This document shows positions 25,600 to 37,949 of a stretch of DNA of 64,000 nucleotides, in pieces. Source of the stretch: Octopus sinensis (lineage: Eukaryota); assembly GCF_006345805.1 (NCBI RefSeq), contig NW_021836165.1, positions 1-64,000 on the forward strand, in the 5' to 3' direction. The position numbers and the translations under genes are program-made. Position 1 is the first letter of the stretch; each line of letters begins with the position of its first letter. The notes below the pieces were generated by a model. That model saw only the letters and a list, made by a program, of their open reading frames with translations. It was not told where the DNA came from and did not search any database.

Positions 25600-28500
25600 A
25601 AATAAACAAAAGACAAATGCAGAAAAAAGGAAAAACGAATCTATACAAACAAAAATTATTCGAAAAGAAAACAACAGACAAAGGAAGACGATTGCAAGAA
25701 GTCAAGAAACAGAAGAAAGAAAAATTAACAGAAAAGAAAACGACAGACAAAGGAGGACGATTGCAAGAAGTCAAGAAACAGAAGAAAGAAAAATTAACAG
25801 AAAAGAAAACGACAGACAAAGGAGGACGATTGCAAGAAGTCAAGAAACAGAAGAAAGAAAAATTAACAGAAAAGAAAACGACAGACAAAGGAGGACGATT
25901 GCAAGAAGTCAAGAAACAGAAGAAAGAAAAATTAACAGAAAAGAAAACGACAGACAAAGGAGGACGATTGCAAGAAGTCAAGAAACAGAAGAAAGAAAAA
26001 TTAACAGAAAAGAAACAAACAGAATAAGAAACGTTACAATGAGAAGCCAAAAAATCAAGAAGATCGTTATAAAGAATATCAAGAAATTATATCACGGAGG
26101 AATACGAAATTATATAATTCTAAATTATTGGGAAATCTAGGATTTAATTATAATGCAGTTAATGATTTTAAATATTTGGGGAATATCGGCACTATGTCCG
26201 ATATATGTAAATTTTGTTCGGCCCTAAAATTTAAAGGGGAAACAGCAGGCATGTGTTGCAATCTTGGTAAGGTAAATTTGCCTTCCTTATCGATTCCACC
26301 AAAACCACTATTGACGCTATTAAGAAATGAATCGCCGATCTCTAAGCATTTTCTTGAAAATATTCGAAAGTATAATAATTGTTTTCAGATGACATCGTTT
26401 GGAACAACAGGTAATTTTATTTATACGGGTTATATGCCCACATATAAGGTTCTTGGTCAAGTTTATCATAGGATGGGGTCACTACTCCCAAATGCAGGTG
26501 AGCAACATAGCTTTTTACAAATATATTTTTTGGAAAATTTTGAGGATCAGTCAACAAGAAGATTAGAAACAGAACCAAAATTACGTCAATCTATAATTAA
26601 CATGTTACAAAACATGTTACAAGAACATAATTCATATATTTTATCTTTTAGGACTGTTATGCGGACTACAAGAGAAAAGGACTATAAAGTAATTATTCAT
26701 GCAGATAGGACACCTACGGGAGCACATGAAGGACGGTACAACATACCAAGTTCTAATCAGGTTGGGGTTTTGATAGTAGGGCAACAATATGATAAACGAG
26801 ATATTATCGTTAATCATAAAGACAGTGGACTACGAAGAATTTCAGAAACACATCGTTCATATGATGCTCTACAGTACCCTCTGATATTTTCAAGAGGGGC
26901 AGATGGATATAATTTTAAGGTTATGCAGCAAAATCCACTGACAGGACAAAATACAAATAAAAAAATTAGCTGTATGGCATTTTACTCCTATAGATTCATG
27001 CTAAGAAAAGAAGAATTTAATACTATTCATCGAACAGGACAATTGTTTAATCATATTTAGTTGACATGTATGCGAAGATTGAATGAGAGACTATTATACT
27101 TTCGTTTAAATCAACGAAAACTTAGAGCAGAAGAATATATACATCTCAGAGATGCGATTATTAATGATGGTAATGTTTCTGATGTAGGTCAAATGATCAT
27201 ATTACCCTCATCATTTACAGGAGGACCAAGATATATGCATGAACGAACACAAGATGCAATGACATACGTAAGAAATTACGGTACTCCAGATTTATTCATT
27301 ACGATTACGTGTAATCCTAAATGGCCAGAAATTATTGATAACTTATTCATAGGTCAAAAGTCCGAGAATAGACATGATATAATTGCAAGAGTTTTTAGAC
27401 AGAAAATTATTAAACTGATGGACCTAATAACGAAGAGTCATATATATGGGAAGACACGATGCCATATGTATACAGTTGAATGGCAGAAAAGAGGACTTCC
27501 ACATTCACACATTTTGATATGGTTAGTTAACAAAATTAGGCCCACTGAAATAGACGACTGCATATCCGCTGAAATTCCAAATCCAGAAGAGGATCTGGAA
27601 TTATATGAGACCATCAGGAAAAATATGATACATGGTCCATGTGGAATTCTTAATAGGTCTTCACCATGTATGAAGAACGGTAAGTGTAGTAAAGGGTATC
27701 CAAAAGAATTTCTTTTCAATACTCAAACAGGAGAAAATGGGTATCCTCTTTACCGTAGGAGAAGGCCAAATGATGGGGGACATACAGTGACTATCAACGA
27801 AGGCAAGGAAAATGAAATAACAGTGGATAACAGGTGGGTAGTGCCTTATAGTCCACTGTTATGTAAAATTATATTAATGTATAAATATAAATGTTCTGCA
27901 ACTCAATTAAATCAATTAAATATGTCTGCAAATACATCAACAAGGGGTCAGATCAGGCAGTTTTTACTATTGAAGGACGGGATGAGGTGACTCAATACAT
28001 GCATGGGAGATATATTTGCAGCAGTGAGGCTGCGTGGAAAATATTTGGATTTCCCATACATGATAGATATCCTTTGGTAATGCATTTAGAGGTACATTTG
28101 GAAAATGGACAAAGAGTTTACTTCAATGAAGAAAATGTACAAGACCAAATACAAAACCCAAGGAATTCTACACTAATGGCTTTTTTTGAACTTTGTACAT
28201 TAGACACATTTGCAAAAACATTATTATATTGTGAAATTCCAAGATACTACAGGTGGGAAACTACCGGTAAGAAATTCAAACGAAGGATAAGAGGAGAACC
28301 AGTGAATGGACATCCAGGAATTGTAAGTAGTGATGCATTGGGCAGGGTGTACACAGTTCACCCTAATAATGCCGAATGTTATTGTGTTAGGTTACTTCTG
28401 CATAACATCCGAGGACCGACATTTTTTACCGATTTAAAGACAGTTGATGGAGTAATCTGCGCAACATTTAGAGAAGCCTGTTTAAATTGGGACTTTTAGA

Positions 28501-30221
28501 GGATGATAAAAGCTGGGACGACGCATTGACCGAAGCTGGGATTTTCAATATGCCATCAAAGATTAGATATTTATTTACATTGATGTTGGCATATTGTAAT
28601 ATATCAAATCCTCTACAACTGTGGGAGAAGCATAAAGAAATAATGTGTGAAGATATATTAAAGAGGGATGCAAAATCAGGTTTTGACGAGGACATTTTTA
28701 ATGAAGGATTACTAATTATTAATAGATCACTCGAATCAGTCATTGGGAAAAATATATGTGAGTACGGGTTTAGCGTTAACAGTCAAAATATTACAAATAA
28801 TTTGGAATATGACAAATATAATTTAGAAGAACTACAAAAAATACTTAATGAAAGGGAACCGAATTTATTGGAAGGTCAATTAAGAATCTACAATGAAATA
28901 AACAGAAAGATTGAAGAAAATGATGGTAAAATATTCTTCATAGATGCACCGGGAGGTACAGGTAAAACATATCTATTAAATTTATTATTGGCAAAGGCGA
29001 GATGCAATAATAAAATAGCTATAGCAGTTGCTTCTACAGGTATTGCGGCTACGCTTTTAGATGGTGGACGAACAGCACATTCAATGTTCAAACTACCATT
29101 AAATCTAGCAAAGGATATGGAGCCAGTTTGTAATATTAAAGGAAATTCACTTATTGGGACTATTATACGTGATTGTAATCTAATAGTATGGGATGAGTGT
29201 ACAATGGTAAGTAAAAGAGCATTTGAAGCAGTTGACAGAACTTTTCGCGACATCAAACATTCAGATTCACCTTTTGGTGGATCGGTGTTAGTATTAGCAG
29301 GTGATTTTAGACAGACACTGCCTATTATTCAAAGAGGAACACCAGCAGATGAACTTAATGCATGTTTGAAATCATCGTATTTGTGGACCTTGGTAAAAAA
29401 AATAAGTCTAAATGTAAATATTCGTGCACAAAAGTCAGAAACAAATTCATTCGCTAAGGTACTTTTAAATGTAGGGAATGGAACACTCGAAACAAATTCA
29501 GAAGATTTTAAGGTATCACTACCTCCAGAGTTATGCATAAATGTAAACAGACCAGAAGAATTATTAACCTCAGTTTATCCAAATCTAGAGGAAAATTACA
29601 CATGCTTTGACTGGCTTAGGGAAAGAGCAATACTAGCACCACTAAATGACGAAGTACATAATATTAATTTAGATTTGCTCATTAAATTACCAGGAATGGA
29701 ACGTATTTATAAATCTGTAGATGTAATTATGGATCAAGAAACAGCATGTGAATATCCTGTGGAATTTCTAAATTCTTTAGAACCGTCAGGGATGCCTCAT
29801 CATACTTTAAAATTAAAGGTAGGAGCGCCAGTTGTTCTATTACGAAATCTAGAATCTCCAAGGTTATGTAATGGTACAAGATTAGTAATAACAAATTTAA
29901 TGTCTAATATTATAGAAGCAACGATATTAACGGGGAAAAATAAAGGAGAAGATGTTTATATTCCAAAAATTCCAATAATTTCGGATGAATTACCATTTAG
30001 ATTTAAGAGACTACAATTTCCATTGAAGTTGAGTTTCGCAATGACAATCAACAAATCACAGGGACAAACCCTTAAAGTAGTAGGTTTATTTTTAGCAAGT
30101 GAATGTTTTTCACATGGACAATTGTATGTAGGTTGTTCTAGGGTAGGTGAACGAGAAAACCTATTCATATACCAAAGATTGTCGTACAAGCAATATAGTG
30201 TATCAACAAGCATTACAATAA
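25600..30221 (+). CDS. Helitron Rep/helicase (HUH endonuclease + PIF1-family helicase), broken by a few indels; start uncertain
   Basis: CKFC...CC zinc motif; Rep motifs PDLFITITCNPKW, VEWQKRGLPHSHIL, KYVCKYINKG; helicase DAPGGTGKT, WDECTM, FAMTINKSQGQTL, FSHGQLYVGCSRV. Pieces: ORFs 26128-27060, 27061-27990, 27891-28499, 28487-30235. Confidence 0.95.
25661..26010 (+). repeat. 69-bp coding tandem repeat (five copies) in the RepHel N-terminus
   Basis: Five near-identical 69-nt units; the likely reading frame gives RKENDRQRRTIARSQETEERKIN. Confidence 0.9.
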
Positions 30222-30829
30222 TAAGATCTATATAATATTTGATAATTTTTATACTATAACAATCAATTTTTTATTATATAGACGAGTGCTTTTCACATGG
30301 CCAGCTGTATGTGGGATGCTCAAGGGTAGGTAGAAGAGAAAATTTATATTTGCCAAGGATGGACGGACTGCAAACATCGTTTATCCACAGGCCTTAGAAT
30401 AAGGTTATATCAAAGCAGGTCGCATTTATATATCTAAATAAATTTATAGTTATTTAAGGAAACTGCGAGCGTAGCGAGCAGGGCCTCCGCAGGAGCTAGC
30501 TCGCAGTGAGCAAAGCGAACTGCTGAGCTAGTTAATTGATAAAATGAAAAAAATTCGCTTGCAAAATAAACTTTATCCAAGATATTTTACCAGTAGTCAA
30601 TTTAATAATCTTCACAAAAATAGAAAAGCAAAAATATTATAAAAATAAAACATTGATTTCAATAAATAATCAAATAAGAATTAAAAACAAAAATGCACAA
30701 CAAAACAACAGAATATGACGTAAACACGTGAAAAATTTATCGTATTAATTCAATAAGTTAAAAAATTTAGAAAATAAAATAAATAAAATTTAATATCTTC
30801 AGTCTGTTTGACATCAGCTTCTGTCACTT

Positions 30830-31165
30830 AGGAATAGGAATAGGAAGTTTTATTGGAACAGAGAAAAGTTAAAGGTTAGGGGGGAGTTTGTATAATGAAA
30901 CAATAGGACTACCATCGACTTCTTCCCAGAAAAAAAAAAGACCCCCTCAAGTAAATTTTTTTTTTTTTTTTTTTTTTTTCTTTTCTACCTCTGCAGGTAC
31001 GTCCCAGTGACAATTGAGTTGGATTTATAACCACTTATAGCTTTTTCGACAGTTTCACCGACCATGGAGGATTTACTTTCAAGCCACAGGGGGATTGGAT
31101 CTTCAACTTTTTGGTGGTAAGCAAGCTTCAAAGCGAGCCTGCGAGACTTTTCAAATTCTGTTTGA
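30830..31165 (-). mobile_element. short 5'-truncated Jockey/I-group LINE with 30-bp target-site duplication
   Basis: RRLALKLAYH motif (same family as 22620-23460); (TTCCTA)3 tail; flanked by identical CAGTCTGTTTGACATCAGCTTCTGTCACTT at 30800-30829 and 31166-31195. Confidence 0.8.
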
Positions 31166-31299
31166 CAGTCTGTTTGACATCAGCTTCTGTCACTTTAAAA
31201 AAACAAACATAATAACACATAAAGAGAGTTAATACAAATTAGAAAATTATGACTTGCCAAAAACAGGCTGCACCGCAGATAACAAACAAATTACTTCAC

Positions 31300-31850
31300 A
31301 AGATTGCTATAGATACCCTCTAGTACAGCCACCTGGTTTCCCGGTAATCATTGGTCTTCTTTCCGACGAGATTCCCGATGACCGAAAGAATCCTCTTCCC
31401 CGCAGTCCAATTCACGCGACTCGTCTCCACAGCAATTAGAACAAAATGGGATGCGTCAGGAATCGACGCGTACTTCCTCCGCTTGTTTTTTCTTCGGCCC
31501 GACAAGACGCTAAGCCAGAGCACGACGCAGACTGAGTAACGGTTCCCTGAGCAAAGGTGTCAGCACAGGTTACATCCCAAACGAGACACTCCCTTTGCTG
31601 TGTAAGAATACCGTCATTCCGTCCGGACGCTTGCCGTCTCCGCGATCAAGACCAGTGAGCTTCAGAACCGAAGGGAAGGCTGCGACATTAAGTCTTAGTT
31701 TGACGACGTTGTTCAAACTGGAGTGTCTCGAGGTACGTCCACCACTTGACCGACAAGAAATAGGATGGAGGTTATCCGAGACTATCAACTGCCCACACTT
31801 GCATGGGTGGGGCTGGCAAAGAATGATTCCGAGTCATAAACAGGTACCGA
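31300..31850 (-). mobile_element. CRE-clade non-LTR retrotransposon, 3' fragment
   Basis: HPISCRSSGGRTSRHSSLNNVV...EPTGLDRGDGKRPDGMT-like...WDVTCADTF...FVLIAVETS (ORFs 31570-31788, 31320-31523). Confidence 0.85.
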
Positions 31851-32049
31851 GTCGAACTAACTCATCATCCAAAAGTATCCAGCCGAGGATAGTGGGACGG
31901 CATTTAACCAGTTTAACCAGTGTGTTGCAGTGGAGAGAAATCGAGAGTGAAAGAAAATTCAGTCAGTTCGAAATGTTAAGAAAAGGGAAAAAGAACAGAA
32001 TTCACAAAATTTCTCGATTCCGAGAGGAAAGCAAAAATTATTTTAGCAA

Positions 32050-32810
32050 CGTTCTCCCTGATCTGATTTCCACGTCAGTTCGGCGTTGGTGTCAGAAATG
32101 CCTGTGAAGCATCTGCCTACGGACTGAGGGAACTGGCCAAAAGCCAACTCCCAAATCTCGTTTCTCGTTAAGCTTGATGTGTGCAACGCCGTCAACAGTG
32201 TTTGCAGGGATCACATCCTGGAAGTCATTTACGCCCGTTGATCGACCGATTGTTTACCTATCTTACGCGTGTCCCTCAAATCTTATTTGGGAAAAATTTG
32301 CTAATCTCAGTGTCTAGTCTAGTGTTTAGCAGAGGGATCCATTAAGCTCTTTCCTATTTGCCCTCGCAGTGAACCATATTGCCCAAAAACTGTCAAGCCC
32401 GCTCAATTTCTGGTATCTTGACAATATTACCTTGGGTGGTTTGCTTGAATCCATACGCAACGATGTTGATGATATTATTTAGGGTTTTTGCCGAATCAGG
32501 CTATTCCTTAATCGGAATTCATTTGGGGGTTCTCCCGACTACTCTCTATTTGATTAGGCCTTCGCATCCCTTTCTGAAAAGGTTGTCGGTCTCAGATCGA
32601 CAGATCTGACAAATCTGGTTCTCCTTGGTTTGACAATCTCTAATGGAAGAATGTCCAGTGCTATCCTAGATATTAAACGTGAGTTAATTCTGACTCTAGA
32701 ACAAATCTCAGACGTTGAAGTACATGTCCGAATAGTGTAACAAAGGGTGAACGCTACGTGACGGAGTTTAAAAAAGAATGTTGTATACGCCCAATAATGA
32801 ACATTTGGGT
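32050..32810 (+). mobile_element. CRE-clade reverse transcriptase fragment
   Basis: VKLDVCNAVNSVCRDHIL, QQRDPLSSFLFALAV, FWYLDNITLGG (degenerate YLDD). Confidence 0.8.
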
Positions 32811-33884
32811 TAATTACTAAAAAGATCAAAATAGTATGTAGATAGAAATAATTTTAATTCAAAAACCCATAAAAATTTCAAAATAATAAAAAATCAAAAT
32901 AATCAAAATAATTAATTTAAAAGAATCAAAATTGACTTGTATCAGGATTTCTTTTATGGTAATTCAATTATTTTTGTATTCAATTCAATTATTTTTGTAT
33001 TCAAAAATGGGAGATTTCTTTTATATCGGACAACCCCTGAGGGTCGCTTACTCTGCCTTTAGAGCCCAATTTCTTTCAGAACCATGTAGCTTTATACTGT
33101 GGCCTAAAAGCCAATGATTATCCATTTGTCTTAATTTGGATGCTAGATATGTGTATTTTTTACGTTTCAAATAACAAACAATAATAGTTGAATAACTTGA
33201 AGCACTTATAGTTTTGAAAGTGGTTTGTTAGATTGTGCTACATCTAAATACGACTATATTCAGAAAGATCAATTCAAAACTAGCATGTATTGAGGCCATC
33301 AATTCTAAATTTATGGAGTCTATTTTGGATAATATTGAAAGAAGCTTTAAAAGAAGCGAGTTTATACTACTCGCAAAAATTTAAGTCACTTTCTAGTAAC
33401 TGATTACAAGAAAACACTAATTATAATAATTAGAAGTAAAAATTAGTATCCCGACTCTAATAAGTCCACATAATTTAACTTTTTATTTCACCTGCTTCAA
33501 TGTGGATAGCCTATATCAGTAATTTTTTAACGTAGGCGATATCGCTGAAATGGGGCAATGAATTTTATGAGACAGTGCGGTGGATTTTTAATTTAAAGCG
33601 TATGATTGGTAATAAAAATTTTAAATATATTCTATTAAATTTTTACTAATTCTTAGATATTTTAACATTATTTTCGATATAAACTTATTCGCAACTTTTT
33701 AAAAGTAAGAAGAAAGTGACTGTTTTATTATTGCAAGTGGGTAAAAATTCTTTCTTTTATTAATTGGGAAATCTAAATCTCCGAGGTGTCTGAAAAATTT
33801 CAATCTAGGAGATAATGAAGTTATTTATGCATCTTAAAAAATTTATGGATGACAAAGAATTTCGTCGTAGCGCTGACCGTTTCC

Positions 33885-34290
33885 CTTTAGGCTTAATGAT
33901 GTGGTGAGCCGCGCCCTGCATCTGCAGGATTCTCTAATGTGTTGGAACCATTTGGGTGAATCGAAAGCGCCCAGATGGCACTAAATATTTCCCTTCGATT
34001 ACGGGAAATGCCTTTCTAAGACGCGACATGTTCAGAAACTTTCTCTTCCGATAATCTGATCTCGCAGTTGCCAAGCTTGGCTTGGCGCAAGACACATGAG
34101 CTCGCAAAATTAAAAAATACTCATCCCGGCTAGAAATCACATTCTTGCGCCAATAGCTGTAAAGACATCCGGGGTCATCAATCCGAAATCGCTTTCTTTT
34201 GTCGGCTGGGGACGAAAACCGCTGAGAAAGAAAAAATCCCAACGAGACTCGTGATTTTCTCCAAACTGCCAGGTCGTCTTATGCGCCGGA
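33885..34290 (+). mobile_element. CRE-clade non-LTR retrotransposon, 3' fragment
   Basis: LNDVVSRAL...KRPDGT..FPFDYGKCL...DATCSETF...APIAVKTSGV across frameshifts. Confidence 0.75.
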
Positions 34291-34459
34291 AGTTCAATAT
34301 TCGTTTAGTTGTGATTTTTTTGTTTATATAATCACATTTTCTTTCAAAAGAATTTTCATATAATTTTATAGTTGTAATTTGAAAAATTAACTATTACTAC
34401 ACATGTCATCTTCGTTGCGTCGTGATCTTAAACTTTCTCAAAAATTTGACATAATCAAT

Positions 34460-34600
34460 TTGATTATCCAAGGAGGTCAAACTCGTGCAGTTCTATCTGC
34501 AAGATTAAGTTTTCTCGGTCTCAAGTTTCACGGATTTTGAAAATTAGAGTAGAAATTGAGGACGATGAAAATGCCATGCCCGTGAAAAACGCCAGTTCAG
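34460..34600 (+). mobile_element. possible pogo/Tigger N-terminal HTH remnant
   Basis: KFSRSQVSRILKIRVEI resembles the psq/CENP-B HTH of Tigger transposases. Confidence 0.4.
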
Positions 34601-34949
34601 AAGCTATGGGTTCATGGAGATTCACACGCAGTTTCTTACTAATAGCTATTTAAAAAGTAAAATGGATATGGACAACTTTATGAAGTAGAAAAAGCTTCCT
34701 AAGCCTCTTCATAAGGCTTTCCAGTATAAATGTTAAGAAATTATCGATGTTTACTGTAAAGCGATAATCATCTCAACTGTAGTTTTTAGTTCTTAATTAA
34801 ACACGGTGTGAAACATCTGCAGTGTATTATGTCATGATTCTTTCTCTTTAATACTGAAACATTCATTATTTTCTCGGAAACAAGTTTTTAATCATCCCAA
34901 AAATATCGGAAAACCAAATAATTTTTAAAAACTAAAAAGGTAATATTTA

Positions 34950-35560
34950 GGACAGATATTATTCAATCAATTTTGACATTAATTTTCACTTTGCAGAAGA
35001 TGGTACGAGCCCATAAAATTAAGAAGAAATTTTGAAACGATACATTCTAAATATGTCCATCGTTTCTTGTCATTAACGTTGATTTGCCTGTTAATTTTAC
35101 AGTTGAGATAGAAAAATGTCGAAAACGATCATTTTTTCCATCCCATTAAAAACAAAACTCAATGATAACAAGAAAATAAGTTTCAAAGTAAATTTTTGAA
35201 AAGAAATTTTAATGTTTTTTATTTGCTCCTGTGTTTGATATTTGGAATTGTGGAGAAAAAATTATAGCGGAAGGAATAATACAAAAAATAATACTGAATG
35301 GGTTGATGTAAAAGCATCGACAGAAAAAATAATAAAGCAATTGGATTCAACGATATAAATGTCAGCGATTTATTTGTTAAATTCCAAATTTTATTAAAAT
35401 TATCGAATATGTTTTTGCCTACCTGTCACTATTGCTCCTGTAGAAAGATCGTTTTCCATCAAGAATTCCACTTGGTCAAAAGAAAGAGATCGAATGAAAA
35501 AAGAAACCTTCAAATCATTTTAGAATTGTAAATTGAACATTCGGATGCCGTGGATTGATT
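34950..35560 (+). mobile_element. hAT transposase, C-terminal remnant
   Basis: CLPVTIAPVERSFS..NSTWSKERDRM (hAT dimerisation ERxFS motif) at ~35415-35500. Confidence 0.65.
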
Positions 35561-35639
35561 TTTTGAAATAATCAAAAATTTCTAGATAAGTTCATTCAGT
35601 TCAAAAATATAATCGAATTTCTTAGTTAATTTTAATTAA

Positions 35640-36050
35640 AGATATTTTCTTTTTTCTCTGTGAAATTTTTTTGGCAAGCCTCAGTACTGCGATATTACTG
35701 ACGAAATCGTAAAGAACGGACAACTTTCCTGCCAATAAATTGTATTTATGACATTTCTCGACATCGACCTGCTTAAGGCGGTTTTGGAAAGTGATTCTCA
35801 TTTCGATGAGAGAAATTTTGTTCTTAATTTTGTTGTACACAAATATGTCAGGCTTGTTGCACTTAATATTCGTGTCTGTAAGTATTTGAGAATCGATTCG
35901 TATTTCGACATTTTGTGATTGATTGGAAAGAATAACTCTTCAATTTTTTGACTTTGCGGATTGCGTACTTCCTACATAGATGCAGGTGAATACATCTTAC
36001 GACTTCGTTATGTCATAATCAGTAATAATATTGTAGTCCCGATAGAACAA
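35640..36050 (-). mobile_element. R4/Dong-like non-LTR retrotransposon, RLE domain fragment
   Basis: RHNEVVRCIHLHLCRKY...CNKPDIFVYNKIKNKISLIEM...EKCHKYNLLA (PD-(D/E)xK endonuclease) across frameshifts. Confidence 0.8.
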
Positions 36051-36534
36051 CAACAAGAAACCCTGCCGCAAGATGAGAACGGAATGTTAACATCTCGCTT
36101 GGGCCAGCCACATAAGATCAAGACAGAGAGAGAACATGTTATTAGGAAACTAACTAATCCAGAGGAAGACGACCCGAACGAAGACATGTATTTCTGCTCC
36201 ATCTAATTTTTCTTTTCGAGTGTGGCTGAAGTAGACATCCGGTTCTGCAGTGGTGTATCATTGTTGACGGCGTCACTCGTCAATCCGGGGTGCATGTAAT
36301 ATGCATAGAACCTTCCGCCGAAATGATAACAGTGAGATTCGAACACAGGAGCTTTGGAAAACTACTAAGTTCTTCAGTCCTTAAATAAGGTGTAAGTAAA
36401 ATTCAGAAAAATTACCTAATTTAAATAAATAAAATACATTCAGGTAAGTATTTCGGTTTTAAAACATTTACAGTCAGATCGAGGCTATACAGCGCAGGGA
36501 TAGACAATAAAAGTCCCCGATGACCGAGTCAAGT

Positions 36535-37070
36535 AGGAATCTTAGGGGATATCCTTCTTGGGCACCACGATATAAAAGAACGATTTTATTTTTAAAAACA
36601 AGCGAGGTTGTTAAGTCATAAAGAGATCTACTAGATGTGCTATCTCAGGGTTTATTGCGATGCAGGTCTGAATAATTCGATTTTTCTTGACGTTGTTAAA
36701 AGCGTTTTTGAAATCGAGTTTAATAGCGACCAGGGGAAAAACATGAGTTGATTTGAAGAAATTACGAGCTACGTGTATTGGGTTTAGCATTTTTTTGAAT
36801 TTCCAAGTTCTCTGCGGATTCATCACGTGCTTTGGGAAAGCTTTGGCTGCAAGTCTGCGGAAATAGTTTCCAACAGAAAAGGACTAATATCATTAGCCTT
36901 TTTTATCAATAAAAAAGTTTGCAGAGAAAAAAAGATCACTGGCTAAGGGAGGAATGTCTTCAATTCAAATTCGGTTGACCAGACTGGTGATGACCGAAAA
37001 AAAAGAGAAAATGTAAAGTCCTTGATGTGTTTAAGTCGTAAGCCCCTGAAAATTCTTTCTGATTGATTAG
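36535..37070 (-). mobile_element. CRE-clade reverse transcriptase fragment
   Basis: GLRLKHIKD, VGNYFRRLAAK, HVAR...AIKLDFKNAFN, GAQEGYPL. Confidence 0.8.
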
Positions 37071-37189
37071 ATAAGTAAACAAATGTCTTTGATTGTATGA
37101 GAAAGTGGAAGTAAGTCATTGGGGAGGTTCCATTTGGTTTGCCTTTTATAAAGAGAGAGCATCAGCTAAGCTTTTAAAACAAAAACTTC

Positions 37190-37560
37190 ATTCATAATTC
37201 TACGGATAACTGGGCGGATTCGTGTCTGTGTTTAATGAGCATACTCTCCTGCATAACCGACTGAATATGTGTCCTCGTTCCTTCTTTAATAAATAACTTA
37301 TTAATATGACTTTTAAAGAACGTTGAGGCAAGTCCATCCCATGTCAAAACAATCGGAACAATCTTTACTTTTGATTCATAGAGGACAAACAGTTAGTTTT
37401 TAAGAAGATCTTATTTGTGAAATTTGTGCCAATTCAATTTGCTCTAAAACGATCTTGTGAGGTAATGTTCACTTTGATTAAATAAATTTGTTTTTTGAAG
37501 CACAGCGACTGAAATTCACTGGAAAAGCCAGCTCTTCACCTTCGGTTGATTGTTTTTTAG
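37190..37560 (-). mobile_element. R4/Dong-like non-LTR retrotransposon, 3' fragment
   Basis: KVKIVPIVLTWDGLASTFFKSHINKL...THIQSV; nucleotide homology to ~7600-7850. Confidence 0.75.
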
Positions 37561-37949
37561 GAGAAATCTTTTCATGGACGATCCGATAAAACTTAGGAAT
37601 CTCGAATTTATAGATTTATATTATATATTAAATTTTGTGCTATAGCATAATGATGAATTAGCAATTAATTATGCAGCTCGATTTCCTAAATGTAATATCC
37701 GGAACTCTAACTGCAAAGAATAGAAATAACAAAGATTCAAAACTCATTTCTGAATTATAAAGAGTTAAAATTCTGATTGTTTCAAAATCGGGTAAAAATG
37801 GGTTATAATTATGTATTCCCAGATTAGTCAGTTACCATAACTTTTCTAAGTAGTATGTAATTACGCCGGGCATTCTCAAAGGGTAGGAAACGGTGGGTGG
37901 TCTGGGACAGGTTAAAAAGTGTAAAGAAAGTTGTGATATGATTAGAAAA

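Larger units (their letters stand above)
24225..30531 (+). mobile_element. Helitron, near full length (6307 bp)
   Basis: 5' TC at 24225, 3' CTAG at 30528-30531, inserted between A and T with no TSD (confirmed by the empty site near 22130). GC-rich subterminal inverted repeat ACTGCGAGC (30462-30470) / GCTCGCAGT (30499-30507); (TCTG)n near the 5' end; RepHel gene inside. Confidence 0.95.

Noticed and set aside
25574-26050. ORF-track proteins 25617-26027 (+, Lys-rich) and 25574-26050 (-, Phe-rich) as genes
   Set aside because: Shadow frames of a stop-poor 69-bp repeat; a third frame fits the Helitron N-terminus better.
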